NCBI GenBank assembly: GCA_033442325.1
Contig: JAWQFM010000026.1
Coordinates: 467,398 to 531,397, forward strand
Length of the DNA stretch: 64,000 bases
Source: Salpingoeca rosetta
Taxonomy: Eukaryota > Protista > Choanoflagellata
Direction of reading: 5' to 3'
Of the stretch, positions 1-21,817 are shown in pieces. The position numbers were made by a program, and so were the translations under genes. The number at the start of each line of letters is the position of its first letter. The first letter of the stretch is position 1. The notes beneath the pieces were generated by a model that worked only from the letters and a program-made list of their open reading frames with translations, ran no database searches and was not told the DNA's origin.

Positions 1-202
1 ATGTTCACCGGTGCATTGGGGCCGATCGTGTCTGCTGCCAACAAGCCTTCTTCCCAGGCCTCCAATACGAGGGCGTCGTATGGGGCTTCCGTTTGCGGTG
101 GCACGCAGGTGTTGTTGAGGAGCTGGGCCACATGGCACTTGAGTGTGCGACCGAGGGGCACATCATCAACGGCGCGTGCCACACGCTGCCGAGGGTGTGT
201 GG

Positions 203-294
<92 letters not shown>

Positions 295-674
295 GCCGAG
301 TGGGATGGTTCTGAAGGTGGAGATGGTTTGTCGGGAGAAGTCTCGGCGCCTGCCGTGAACGATGTTGAGGTTCCAGCACAGAGGACGTCGAGGGAGCGCT
401 GTAGGGCCGCGAAAAGGCTCAAGTCTGCATCGGCATCACTGATGCGCGTGGAGTGAAGCTGCTTCAGGGTCGTGTGCGCGCTCATGCATGCGTGCACGTG
501 CTGCTGACACTGTGGGTCTCTGCCACTACTGCCACTACTGCCACAACACGTTCTGGTTGACGTCGTTGAGGAGGTGGCGTGCACGACCGTACTCCTACTC
601 GACGCCACGGCAAGCATGAACAGCAGCATTGCCGCGGCCATGGGCAATGCCACAACCCGCAATCGCGATGACAT
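1..674 (-). CDS. Partial (runs off left edge) secreted protein with signal peptide and poly-Thr linker
   Basis: Not in the ORF track. Hand translation of the minus strand from ATG at 674 gives MSSRLRVVALPMAAAMLLFMLAVASSRS (hydrophobic signal-like) ...HSTRISDADADLSLFAALQRSLDVLC...SHSA-(T)~31-HPRQRVARAVDDVPLG..., open to position 1. The (GTT)n tract at ~202-295 encodes poly-Thr. Confidence 0.6.
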
Positions 675-1308
675 TGTCCTTGGCCAGCGGGGGCGACAAC
701 ACGCCAGTGAAACACGCCCCGGTGTCCTGCTGTCCTGATGTCCGAGGGGGTGGTTGCTGTGCTGATGTCCTGAGGTGGCTGTTGGAGAAACACACAAGCC
801 AACCTTCGGATTGTGGAAAGGTGGTGGAAAATATGGAGAATACTGCGCGGGAGGACAACTGCGGAGATGGCCGCCACCACGGAAACAAAGAAGGAAGGGA
901 TGGATGGAAGCATGTAATGCAAATGCGCTGGCTGGTGGCGTGCTCTTTGGCATTTTGGTTTTGTTTGTTCTGGTCATCACGTCATGTTTCATGTTTATGT
1001 ATATGTGCAAATCAACGAGAGCAAACAAGACAAGGAAGGCATGGCAAGCAAGCAGCCAACCGTTCTGTTCACAGGGGAAGGGTCTGCAAGAAAGTGTGCG
1101 AGGAGTGTGTACAAAGAAAAGAAGAAAGGAAACACGGCCATCATGGTGGCAGTGGTGTAACAGGCTGTACATACAAAGTAAATGTGTACAACGCACGATA
1201 TCACGCACGCACACACACACACACACACACACACAACACACAGCACACAGAGCACACACAGCACACAGCACACTGACACACACAGAGCACGCACATCACG
1301 CACGGTAA

Positions 1309-1929
1309 TCACTGCGACGACTTCTTGTCTTTGATGACAACGTTGGTAAAGTACTGGGGCGGCAGGATGCCGGTGGATCCAAGGCCAGGGGAAAGGACGA
1401 CGTTGTTGGAGCTGACGAAGAAGGGAATGCCGTCACGTAGGCACTTGGCAAGGTCGATGTAGACAAACGCGGTGCAGGACTTGCGCATGCCGCTCTTGAC
1501 CTCCTGATCCCCAGGCAGGCCCGTGGCAAAGTGGATGTGTCTGCGTCGCATGCGGCTGAGGCCCTCGCGCTTGATCACGGGCACGAGCTTGGCATACGTG
1601 CCATGCACGACGACGGGGAACTTGGAGGCGTCTGTGATTGCCGTGAGCAGCTGCGACTCATCCGCCACCTTGATGGTGTGTCCTTGTGCTGCGCGGATGC
1701 GAAGGCCCGTCGGGCCCGTGCCCGGAAGCAGGACAAACCGCTGCTTCGGGCATGTTTCCACGATGTGTTTGATCTCCTTGGAGGAGAGCCCTTTCAGCTG
1801 CGGCCTCCTCAGCAAGTCCTCCAGTGCCACGGAGCCGTCCGGGGCCATTGACACGCCTTCCTTTTGTGCTCCATGCCGCAGTACATACGACAAGTACTTT
1901 GAGGTCTTGATCCTGGCTGACTCTTCCAT
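1309..1929 (-). CDS. TPT1: tRNA 2'-phosphotransferase (Tpt1/KptA), intronless, 206 aa
   Basis: Family motifs SKYLSYVLRHGA, KQRF, IRAAQGHT, VVHGT, GLSRMRRRHIHF, SGMR, SSNNVVLSPG. Confidence 0.95.
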   Translation of the reverse strand: MEESARIKTSKYLSYVLRHGAQKEGVSMAPDGSVALEDLLRRPQLKGLSSKEIKHIVETCPKQRFVLLPGTGPTGLRIRAAQGHTIKVADESQLLTAITDASKFPVVVHGTYAKLVPVIKREGLSRMRRRHIHFATGLPGDQEVKSGMRKSCTAFVYIDLAKCLRDGIPFFVSSNNVVLSPGLGSTGILPPQYFTNVVIKDKKSSQ

Positions 1930-1944
1930 AGCAAATGGTCAGTC

Positions 1945-2083
<139 letters not shown>

Positions 2084-2266
2084 TAGTGGGTGGAAAGATG
2101 GCAGTAGGTGTGGGAGCGAGGCAATGAGAATGAGTGAAGGTTAATGTGTGTCTGTGCGTCCTTGTACACTTGTACAGATGTGTATGTGCATGGGGAGCAA
2201 TGTCGTTGGCGACAAAGCAAGCAAACGAACACAAGAGAACAGTGTACGCCAATAGCAGTAACGAAC

Positions 2267-2356
2267 CGCAAACTCCTTGTAAAATCCCGTGGCTGAGTTG
2301 AGGGCGTCGCGCTCCTTCAAAGACCCGCTGTAACAGAACACACACACACACACATG

Positions 2357-2446
<90 letters not shown>

Positions 2447-3964
2447 GCATGCACAAGTGGTGATGGCAGGGTGAGTGCAGCAAACTGCGACGTGAAGGGA
2501 GACACCACATCGCACACCCGCTCGCTTGCTTGCACGCATGCAGCGGCGTGTTTTGTATTTTGGGGGGGGGGGGAGAGGGTCGTACATTGGGTTTGGCGGC
2601 TGCGTGTCGGGAATGGCGCCAGGCCCAATGGAGGGACGGCCAGTCTGGTGCAAGGGAGTGTAGACATGGTGATGTGGGCATGAAGGTGAGGCAAAGAGAG
2701 ATGCTTGACTGCGCCACTGCAGGTGTCGTGCAACCCGTGCAGTCAAACAAACAAACAAACAAACAAAAAAACATAACCAACCAAACAAACAAAACAAGCA
2801 ACCAAACGAACAAAAAAACAAACAAACAAACAAACAAACAAACAAAAGAAACCAACCAACCGAACAAAAAAAAACAAACAAACAAAACAAAACAAACAAA
2901 CAAACAAACACGTGTGTGCACCTGGAAGACGGAGATGCGGCCGCCGATTCCGCCCATGAGGAGACGGGCGGCCTTGAGGACGGCGCCCGTGCACGTGTCG
3001 CTCGACAGCGGACGCGCGTGCATGTCCGGGATGGACTCAAGCAGCGACTTGACAAGCTGCAAGGGGTTTCGGGGAGGGGTTGGTGATTGGTGATTGGTGA
3101 TTGATAATTGGTGATTGGTGAGAGACACATGCGCTTGCGGTGTCGTGTGAAGTGATGTGGGTTGCGCCAATGTTGTAAAAGAAAGCAAACTGCAGTTGCA
3201 ACAACAACCCACAACAGCCACAACAACCACGCCACGCCACCGCAGGTTACAGCACCACGATGACCACCGCGCACCTCCTTTGAGTCGTTGAGGGAGACAA
3301 GGAGGTCTTCCATGGAATACGGCAGGAATGGGTCGTCAATGTCCGTCATCACGAGCTTCTGCGGCTGCGCCAACTTCTCCTGCAGCAGGCAACACGGTGG
3401 CGATGAAGTGGTGATGGGTGATAATGATGGTGATGGTGATGATGGTGGTATTGTGAATAGTGCGCCTCAAGCGAAGACGATGGTTGGAGAGAAGGTGTTC
3501 ACAACACACACACACACACAGCACACCACACACACACAGCACACAAGCAAAGTGCAGCTCATTCGAGGCAGCAGCAATGGGGCAACTGACGTTGAGGTTG
3601 TAAAAGTGGACGGTGTTGTCAAAGGTGATGATGGCGACACGCGTGCGCTCATCGCCAGTCAGGCGGTCCAGGTTCTCCAGCAGCGCCTTGCACACCGCCG
3701 CCACCATCCCAGACACCACCGCAGGCGACGACACGTCGATGCAGAACGCAAACACGCACGGCTGGGGCGGCCGCACCTGGTGGTAGTGGTGGTGGTGGCG
3801 GTGGTGGTGGTTTGAGAAGAAGCAGTGTTGGGGAAGGGTAAGGGCGTGTGTGCATGGACATATGGATGAATGGACGGGTGGAAGTGGGAGTCAACAATGG
3901 GGACAAAGGCGGGAGATGCGTTGAGTTTGTGTAAAGGTCGGTGGCGATCACCCACATGAGGACG

Positions 3965-4054
<90 letters not shown>

Positions 4055-4673
4055 CATACACACATGCCAGCAACACGCAGCTCGGTCACACCAGCCTCTA
4101 CGACAATCAGCCGCATGTGCGCCACCACTGAGAGCGCACCATGTAGTCTGACGGCGCAATGTACTCGACAGAGGCCGTGTTGAGATCGGGCCGTCCCGCT
4201 CGGTCGACGAGCTCTCCTGCTCGCATTGGCGCACAGCAGCGCATGCACGTGAGACAATGTGAAGAAAAGCGTGTGCGTGGTGTGTGCGCGCGCGCGTGTG
4301 TGTGTATGTGTGTGATGGTAAAGGGTGGGTTGTTTGGCCCTTGCTGCATACACCCAGCGCACGCAGCAACACAAAACAAAGCATGCGGGTTGATCGCACA
4401 CAAACAAACGAACGAGCAAACACATGCACACAATCGCCACTCCATGCCTCACCCTTGACGCGGTCGTAGAAAAAGTCCTGGGGAATGTCGTTGACATATT
4501 GGCACAGGTTGCAGCGCCACCGCGCACCTGCCGAGGCAAAGATGGATGGTTGGATGGATGGATGGTTGCATGAGCGCGTGGTTGCATGAGTTGCATTGGT
4601 TGGATGTAACAGCAAACAGAAGGACAATAACATGTACACACACACGCACACACGCGCACACACACACACACGC

Positions 4674-4709
<36 letters not shown>

Positions 4710-6228
4710 GCACTCGACACGAATCGTGGCGGTGCAATTCACACGGCAACCAGACAAGACCTTGGCCGATGAAGGAGATGAACGGGTTGATGTACGTGCG
4801 GCAGCTGCGGCAGCGGACAATGGGGAGACCACTCATCACCGGCACATCCTGCAGAGCAGTCGACAAACGAGTGGACAGTGGCAGGGTGGTAAGCTTTTTG
4901 TCAACGCACGCGTTACGTGGTACCACATATACTCACACACGTGTACATACACAACATGCAGCATACACACAATACATACACACGCAACACACACATACAC
5001 GCACAATACATACACACAATACACACACCACGCCACATGCACAGCGCACCTCGCCAAAGGGGTTGAGGTGGAGGGCGAGTGGGAGGCGGCACTGCGAGAG
5101 CAGCGACGATGTCTCCGGCATGGCGTTGATCGTCGCCCGCATGAACTTCGGGTCGCAGTTGGCCCGCCGCTGCGAGTCAGACAGCGGCTGCGCACGTGGC
5201 GGCCGCGCGGGTGCTGCCGGCAGTATGTTGCGCTGCCCCAGGATGTTTGTCGGCGCGTCTGCACGCGTGGGCGCAGTCTGGTTCATGACGGGGTGCGCGC
5301 CTGTGGATGCGGACATGCGGCGGGCAGGGCCTTGTGCACCCGGGTCTGGCTGGGCCGAGAACAGCGGCGGCGGCGGCAACGACGTCTGCACGCTTGGCGG
5401 CTGGCTTGTTGGTGGCTGCTGCGTGAAGGCGGCGGCACCAGGCTGGGGCGCGGGCGCCGTTGTTGGTGGTGGCGGCGGTGGTGCTGCTGTCGTTGGTGCC
5501 GCTGTTGCTGAGTGCGACATTGGCGGCGGGTGGAAGACGGGTGGCTGTACATGCAGCGGCGGTGGCATCATGGATGCGGTTGCTGTTGCTGTTGCTGTTG
5601 TCGTCGCCGTGGGCGGTTGTGACATGGGTGGAGGTTGAGACATGGGTGGTGGCTGTGACAGCGGTGGGGGTTGAGACAGCGGTGGGGGTTGAGACAGCGG
5701 TGGGGGTTGAGACATGGTTGGAGGTTGAGACATGGTTGGAGGCTGTGACATGGTTGGAGGCTGTGACATGGTTGGAGGCTGCGACATGGTTGGAGGCTGC
5801 GACATTGGCGGAGGCTGAGACATGGGTGGGGGTTGCGACATGGATGGTGGTTGCGACATTGGCGGAGGTGGCTGTGCCATTCGCGGTGGTTGCGATGCAG
5901 AAGCAAGTGTGGGAGGTGGCATGGTGGGAGGTGCGCTGTAGCCGTTGCTTCCCGCGCTTGTGCTGAACGTGGGTGGCGCTGAGAGGCCGCCATTCGTTGC
6001 CGGCGGACGCGGCTGTGATGTGCTGGTGGTGGGAGGCATCTTGTAGCTGTTGCCGCCGCTGTAGCTGTTGCCGAGAGGTGGGGGCTGGAGCGGTGGGGGA
6101 GCAAGGGTCCCAGAGAGCGGAGGCGGCTGGAGCGGTGGTGCCGCTGCTGTTGTGGTCGTCGGTTGTGACTGGGCTGGCTGAGGCGGGAATCCCGTCGGCG
6201 GTGGCGCGTGTGGTGGTGGGAATGACAT
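2267..6228 (-). pseudogene. SEC24: Inverted, 3'-truncated duplicate of SEC24 5' half (probable mis-oriented contig or second haplotype)
   Basis: 2079-6490 is the near-identical reverse complement of 7242-11783. It contains the Pro-rich N-terminus, zinc finger (CRSCRTYINPF...WRCNLC) and start of the vWA/trunk domain, and ends at the GA tract. Confidence 0.8.
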
Positions 6229-7100
6229 GATGGATTGTGTACGTCTCCTTCACACACAAACTCTCTCTCACTTCCTTCTGCCGCGTCGCTGCGTTGGTTA
6301 TGGGTTGTATGTATGTGTGTGTGTGTGTTGTCAGTGAGTGTTGTTCACGGACACGCACAAGCAACCAAGCGGCGTAGAATGTGGAATGTGAGCGTGCGTG
6401 TGCATGTGCAAGTGTGTATGTGTGTGTATGTGTGTGTGTGTGTGCAAATGCGTGAGAGAATGTGCACAATTGTGTGCGGATGTGACGCCAAGGCACAGAC
6501 AGCCAAAGCAAATGAGCACGGTTGGCAATCGATCATGCTTCCCCTTCCTCCTTCACAACCCACTCACACGCACACACACGTCCACACACACACACACACA
6601 CACATCCACGTATCGACGCATCCACTCACTCCAACGTCCAACGCACTCACACCTCGATTTCACAGCGGCTGCTGTCTTGCTTGCTTGCTGTCTTGCTTGC
6701 TTGCTTGCTGCTTCCGCCCCACAAAAACCACAGGAAACGAAAATCAATCAACATCTTCATACAATATTCAGCACTTCGGTAACACACGACAAACAGTGGT
6801 GGCTGCCGTCAGTGCAGCACGTCTCTGCGCATACTGCTGTGTAACAACAGCCAACAGCCAATAGCCAGCAAGCAAGTGTGCGTGGTTGTGCCGTGTTGGC
6901 TTGTCCCTCGTCTCCTTTCTTGTGCCTCATTTTCCCCCGCTTCAGCAACCCAGCACCACATTTATTGTTGTCACTGTTGTCACATCACTGTTTCGTCGGA
7001 AGAACCAACACAGCAGTCATTGACAAACACGCAGTTATCCAGCACCGCACTTCCTGTTATTATTGATCTATCTATCGATACACCTATTGCCAACCCAGCA

Positions 7101-7139
<39 letters not shown>

Positions 7140-7141
7140 AC

Positions 7142-7241
7142 NNNNNNNNNNNNNNNNNNNNNNNNNNNNNNNNNNNNNNNNNNNNNNNNNNNNNNNNNNN
7201 NNNNNNNNNNNNNNNNNNNNNNNNNNNNNNNNNNNNNNNNN
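7142..7241. other. Assembly gap (other gaps: 9034-9229, 11454-11553, 24725-24824, 54889-54988)
   Basis: N runs. Confidence 1.
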
Positions 7242-7503
7242 TGGCGTCACATCCGCACACAATTGTGCACATTCTCTCACGCATTTGCACACACACACAC
7301 ACATACACACACATACACACTTGCACATGCACACGCACGCTCACATTCCACATTCTACGCCGCTTGGTTGCTTGTGCGTGTCCGTGAACAACACTCACTG
7401 ACAACACACACACACACATACATACAACCCATAACCAACGCAGCGACGCGGCAGAAGGAAGTGAGAGAGAGTTTGTGTGTGAAGGAGACGTACACAATCC
7501 ATC

Positions 7504-14936
<7,433 letters not shown>

Positions 14937-15143
14937 GCAGCAGCAGCGGCGGCGACGTATGTGTGTGTTCGTGTGTGTGTGTGTGTGTGTTGCGATTGCT
15001 GTTAGCCTGCTCCTTGTCCGTGTTTGCGTGGGGTGATGGGGGCTGTTCACGTGGGCTGTGTTGTGTGTGTCGTGAAGAGAAAAATGAAAGCAACATCAAC
15101 AACAAACAACAACAAAGCCACAAACAACAACAAATCCAAGAAG

Positions 15144-17793
<2,650 letters not shown>

Positions 17794-17990
17794 TGTGAAA
17801 GAGAGATGGTGTGTGCGCGCGCATGAAGGGCGTACGCGGCACAAGAAAATCTACGGCTAGCTCTGGCTGAAGCTGTTGGCATGGTTGTTGTCGAGGTTGC
17901 TTGGCTGCTGCTGTCAATGTTGACTGTTGACACTTGACTCGACTGTATCTATCCATTGCAATACACAAGATGATGGCGACGATGATAGAT

Positions 17991-18156
17991 AGCATTGATA
18001 CAAGCATCGAAGATGGCATTGACATGAGCATCGAAGATGGCATTGACATGAGCATCGAAGATGGCATTGACATGAGCATCGAAGACGGCATTGACACAAG
18101 CATCGAAGATAGCATTGACACAAGCATCGAAGATGGCATTGACATAAGCATCGAAG
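17991..18156. repeat. 24-bp tandem minisatellite, ~7 copies (RGCATTGACAYRAGCATCGAAGAY)
   Basis: Head-to-tail units with no spacers, intergenic. Confidence 0.95.
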
Positions 18157-18241
18157 CACACACACACACACACACACACACACAACACAACACAACACAC
18201 ACACACACATACACATACACACACGCACAACACAACACAAC

Positions 18242-18273
<32 letters not shown>

Positions 18274-18447
18274 CGCACGATGCTGACGACCTTCAAGGCG
18301 ATGACTCATCACTAGGCCTCGCGTGCATTTCGTCATCGTCGAGTTGTTGTTGTGTTGTGCAAACGCGCACTCCATTCATCCATTCAGCGTCATTCACCAC
18401 CCACACCTCTCCGCCCCCCCTCCACACTCCACACTCGCACGTTCATC

Positions 18448-19975
18448 ATGTCTGGCACTGGCTTGATTGCTGCGATCAACGCGGCCACCTTCGAGTCTGA
18501 GAAGGTGAGAGAAGCAAGCGGAGGCTGTGGTTGTGTTGTGTGCGAGCAGATTGTGTGCGCGTGGATTTCAATGAACTGCTGGCTCATCCCCTTCGATGCG
18601 TGCTCACTGTCGCTCAAACACACACGCACTCATGTACAAACACATGTACACCCTTGTTCACCGCGTGTAGGAAGCGGCGATCGAGAGCTACTTCCGCAAC
18701 AACCCGCACTGGATCATGACCCCTCAAGAGTTTCAGCTCGTTTTCTCCCAGCTGTCCTTTGATTCCACGAAGCAGCAAGCGGTTGGTCGCCGCCATGCCG
18801 TGTACACTTGGTGTCGTGCTGTGCGTCAGTGGCCGTGGCTGTCGCACATGTGCATGTCTGCCGGGTTGCTTTCGACACGGATGCGAGCATGGTCGAACGA
18901 CGTCCATGGCCGATCCTCTCTGTGCATCATACTCACCTGTAACGCAAAACTACGCACGCGCACACATGCGCACGTGTTGCAGGCTGGTGTGATTGCGCGC
19001 ACCCACCCGAAGCTGACGTGCGCCCACGTTGCCGCCGCACTCGGCGCCTGCTCCCACGATTCCACCAAGGTCAGGCGATCCTGCCCACGTGCCCGCGTGC
19101 CCTGTGCTGCGTGTCACACGCGTGCATGCCACATCGCGTCATGCTTAGTTTCGTGCCTTTGTGTCATCTACATTGGATGCGATCGCGCTGCTCATCTTCC
19201 CCCGGTCACGTGTTACTTTTCACCCACTTTGCAGGTCGCCATTGCCAAGCTGTTTGCGCCGGGCGTCATTGACAAGCACAACCGTGCCACAATCCTCTCA
19301 AACTTTTCGTTCTCCAGCTCCAAGTCCGAGGTGTGTGGTGTGGTGTGGTGTGTGTGTGTGTGTGTATGTGTGTGTCGTGTGTTGCGTTTGACGGTTCATG
19401 GTGAGTTGCTGCTGGCATGCTGCTCGTGCTGCTGGCACATTACTGTGCTCCCACCCCAACAAGGCACCACCTTCACACATAGAGCCACCTTCAACACAAA
19501 TCTCCGCTTCAGGTGAACGCCGCGCTTGATGCCGCCCCGGCCACCGCTCCACCCAGCATGGGCAAGGGCATGGGCATGGGAACAGGAATGGTGAGCCATT
19601 TGGCGTCGCACACACGCCTTGTTGCTCTTTTATGTTCGCCCACTGCTGATGGCGTGCACCTTCTGGCTTGTGATATCCTGCTCGCTCACTCACTCACTCA
19701 CTCACTCACTCACTCACTCACTCACTCACTCACTCACTCACTCACTCACTCACTCACTCACGCACTCACTCACACGCTCACTCACTCATCCACTCACTCA
19801 CTCACTCACTCACTCACTCACTGATCTCGCTGTCGTACTCCAAACCACACACAACACAACACACAATCGCAGGCTCCGCCCCCAGCCTCCACTGGTAGTG
19901 TGGTCGTGTGTGCATGTGTTTCCATGAATGTGCGTGTCAGTAGCATTCTTCCTTTCTGGTCTGGTTTCACCAGGT

Positions 19976-20050
<75 letters not shown>

Positions 20051-20640
20051 CTCATGCTGTGCCACGCTCCAAATGCTTGATCACAGGGCCACCGGGCTTC
20101 TCTCCATTCGGTCAGCCGCCACAGCGGTCCCCGTACCCACCACAGCAGCACGCTCCTTCGTACCCGCCCACATCCCAGGGGCCGTACCCACCACAGCAGC
20201 AGCAGCCAGGCAACCCTGCTGACGTAAGCACGCAAGCAGTGGCAATGATGCTATGTTGTGTAACATCATGCTGTGCTGTGCTGTGTTGTGTTGTTGCGTC
20301 ACTCATTTATTACTTACACACCGCAACGATTGGTGATACTGCGCCGACGCTGCCACCGCCCGATCACATGACACCAGATGCAGCAGGCGATGCAAGGCAT
20401 GGGCCAAGCCATGGGTCAGGCCATGGGCATGATGCAAGGCATGATGCAAGGCATGGGGCAGATGATGCAGGGAATGAACCAAGGCATGGGACAAGGTGCG
20501 TTGCCTCGTGCACAGCGATTGAAGAGAGAGTGGGGTGGGGTGGGAGAAGGAGGTGATGACTTGGGCTGATGCTTTCGTTGATTTGCTCACATGTTCTGTT
20601 TCCCTTACATTTTCACACATCTGCACACGTGCACCATTCA

Positions 20641-20698
<58 letters not shown>

Positions 20699-21005
20699 CG
20701 ATGAGGGTGGGGCTTTCCCTTCAATTCCACTAACATTTGCCAATTTGCATAAAAATACAAGAATCAGCTAGCCGAACGCGCCGCGGAGTAGCAGAGGGTG
20801 TCTAATACCGTGTCTCTTTGTCAATAGGTCAGGTGGGGATATCACACATCTGGTGGTAAGCAAATGGCCGACGCCTCTTAAGGGCCACCATTAATTGCAT
20901 AACGCGCGCAGCTCAAGACTCCGCCCCTTCTTGACTGGGAGACCCCGTGTTTACACTCCGTACCAGAGAGGGTAAACGATCTGGATTTAACTAGAAACTA
21001 TCTGC

Positions 21006-21103
<98 letters not shown>

Positions 21104-21227
21104 CGCACGTTCACATGCACAACACATGTGCACAACAGGCCACCAAGCGTCCTCCGGCCCCTATGGCCAGGCTCCCCCGCCTGGCCCTTATGGACAGGCG
21201 CCACCCCGCGGTCCTTACGGCCCATGA
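18448..21227 (+). CDS. DUF4476-domain protein (PROSER1 N-terminus-like) with Pro/Gly/Gln/Met-rich tail, ~9 exons
   Basis: Spliced: MSGTGLIAAINAATFESEK|...QLSFDSTKQQA|...ACSHDSTK|VAIAKLFAPGVIDKHNRATILSNFSFSSSKSE|... The repeated F-D/S-S-x-K helix pattern is typical of DUF4476. Last exon 21139-21227 (GHQASSGPYGQAPPPGPY...*) is in phase with the previous exon. Confidence 0.7.
20700..21007. mobile_element. 308-bp foreign-composition insertion in (CA)n of last intron, flanked by 32-bp direct repeat
   Basis: 20668-20699 = 21008-21039 [(CA)14C-GAC]. The insert lacks microsatellites, is TA-rich relative to host, and has no TIR, polyA tail or ORF. Confidence 0.55.
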
Positions 21228-21706
21228 ATGACACACACACACACACACACACACAACACGCGAGCGTGCGCCATGGGCATGTGTCATTGGCATGATCTTC
21301 ACCGCTCCCCTTCGAACAGTTGTTACATTTGCGTGTTTGCCCATTGTTTGTGCTTTCTGTGAATTGCACGGTTGTGCTTGCTTGTTTGTCGTCTCGCATG
21401 TGCTTCTGGCTGCTGCCTGTGCTTGTGGTGTGACGTGTGACTCGAACTCCCATGAAGCATGCCACCAGAAGCAAACAAGAACCAGTCGATCAAGTGATAG
21501 GTGTGTTTGGGGGGGGGGATGGTTGTGGGACATTTGCAGCCCATAATGTCACGATTCACAGCCCACAGCGCACATTTGGCTCGGGTTGAGGGGCCGATGA
21601 CGTCATTGTCACCAACCAATAGCACCCAACCATTGCATTCCACCCCGACACACACGAGACACTCTGTGACACTCACTCACACGACACACACACACACACA
21701 CACACA

Positions 21707-21791
<85 letters not shown>

Positions 21792-21817
21792 CAGAACACA
21801 CGACACACACGCGCGCG

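Noticed and set aside
1-456. Poly-V, poly-C, poly-L and poly-Q ORFs over the (GTT)n tract
   Set aside because: Alternative frames of one trinucleotide repeat; the poly-Thr minus frame with a signal peptide is more credible.
17991-18156. Possible CRISPR-like array
   Set aside because: Units are contiguous with no unique spacers; eukaryotic context; no cas genes.
20700-21007. Intronic snoRNA, tRNA or classical SINE/MITE identity for the inserts
   Set aside because: No paired C/D boxes, cloverleaf, TIRs or terminal polyA visible in either insert.
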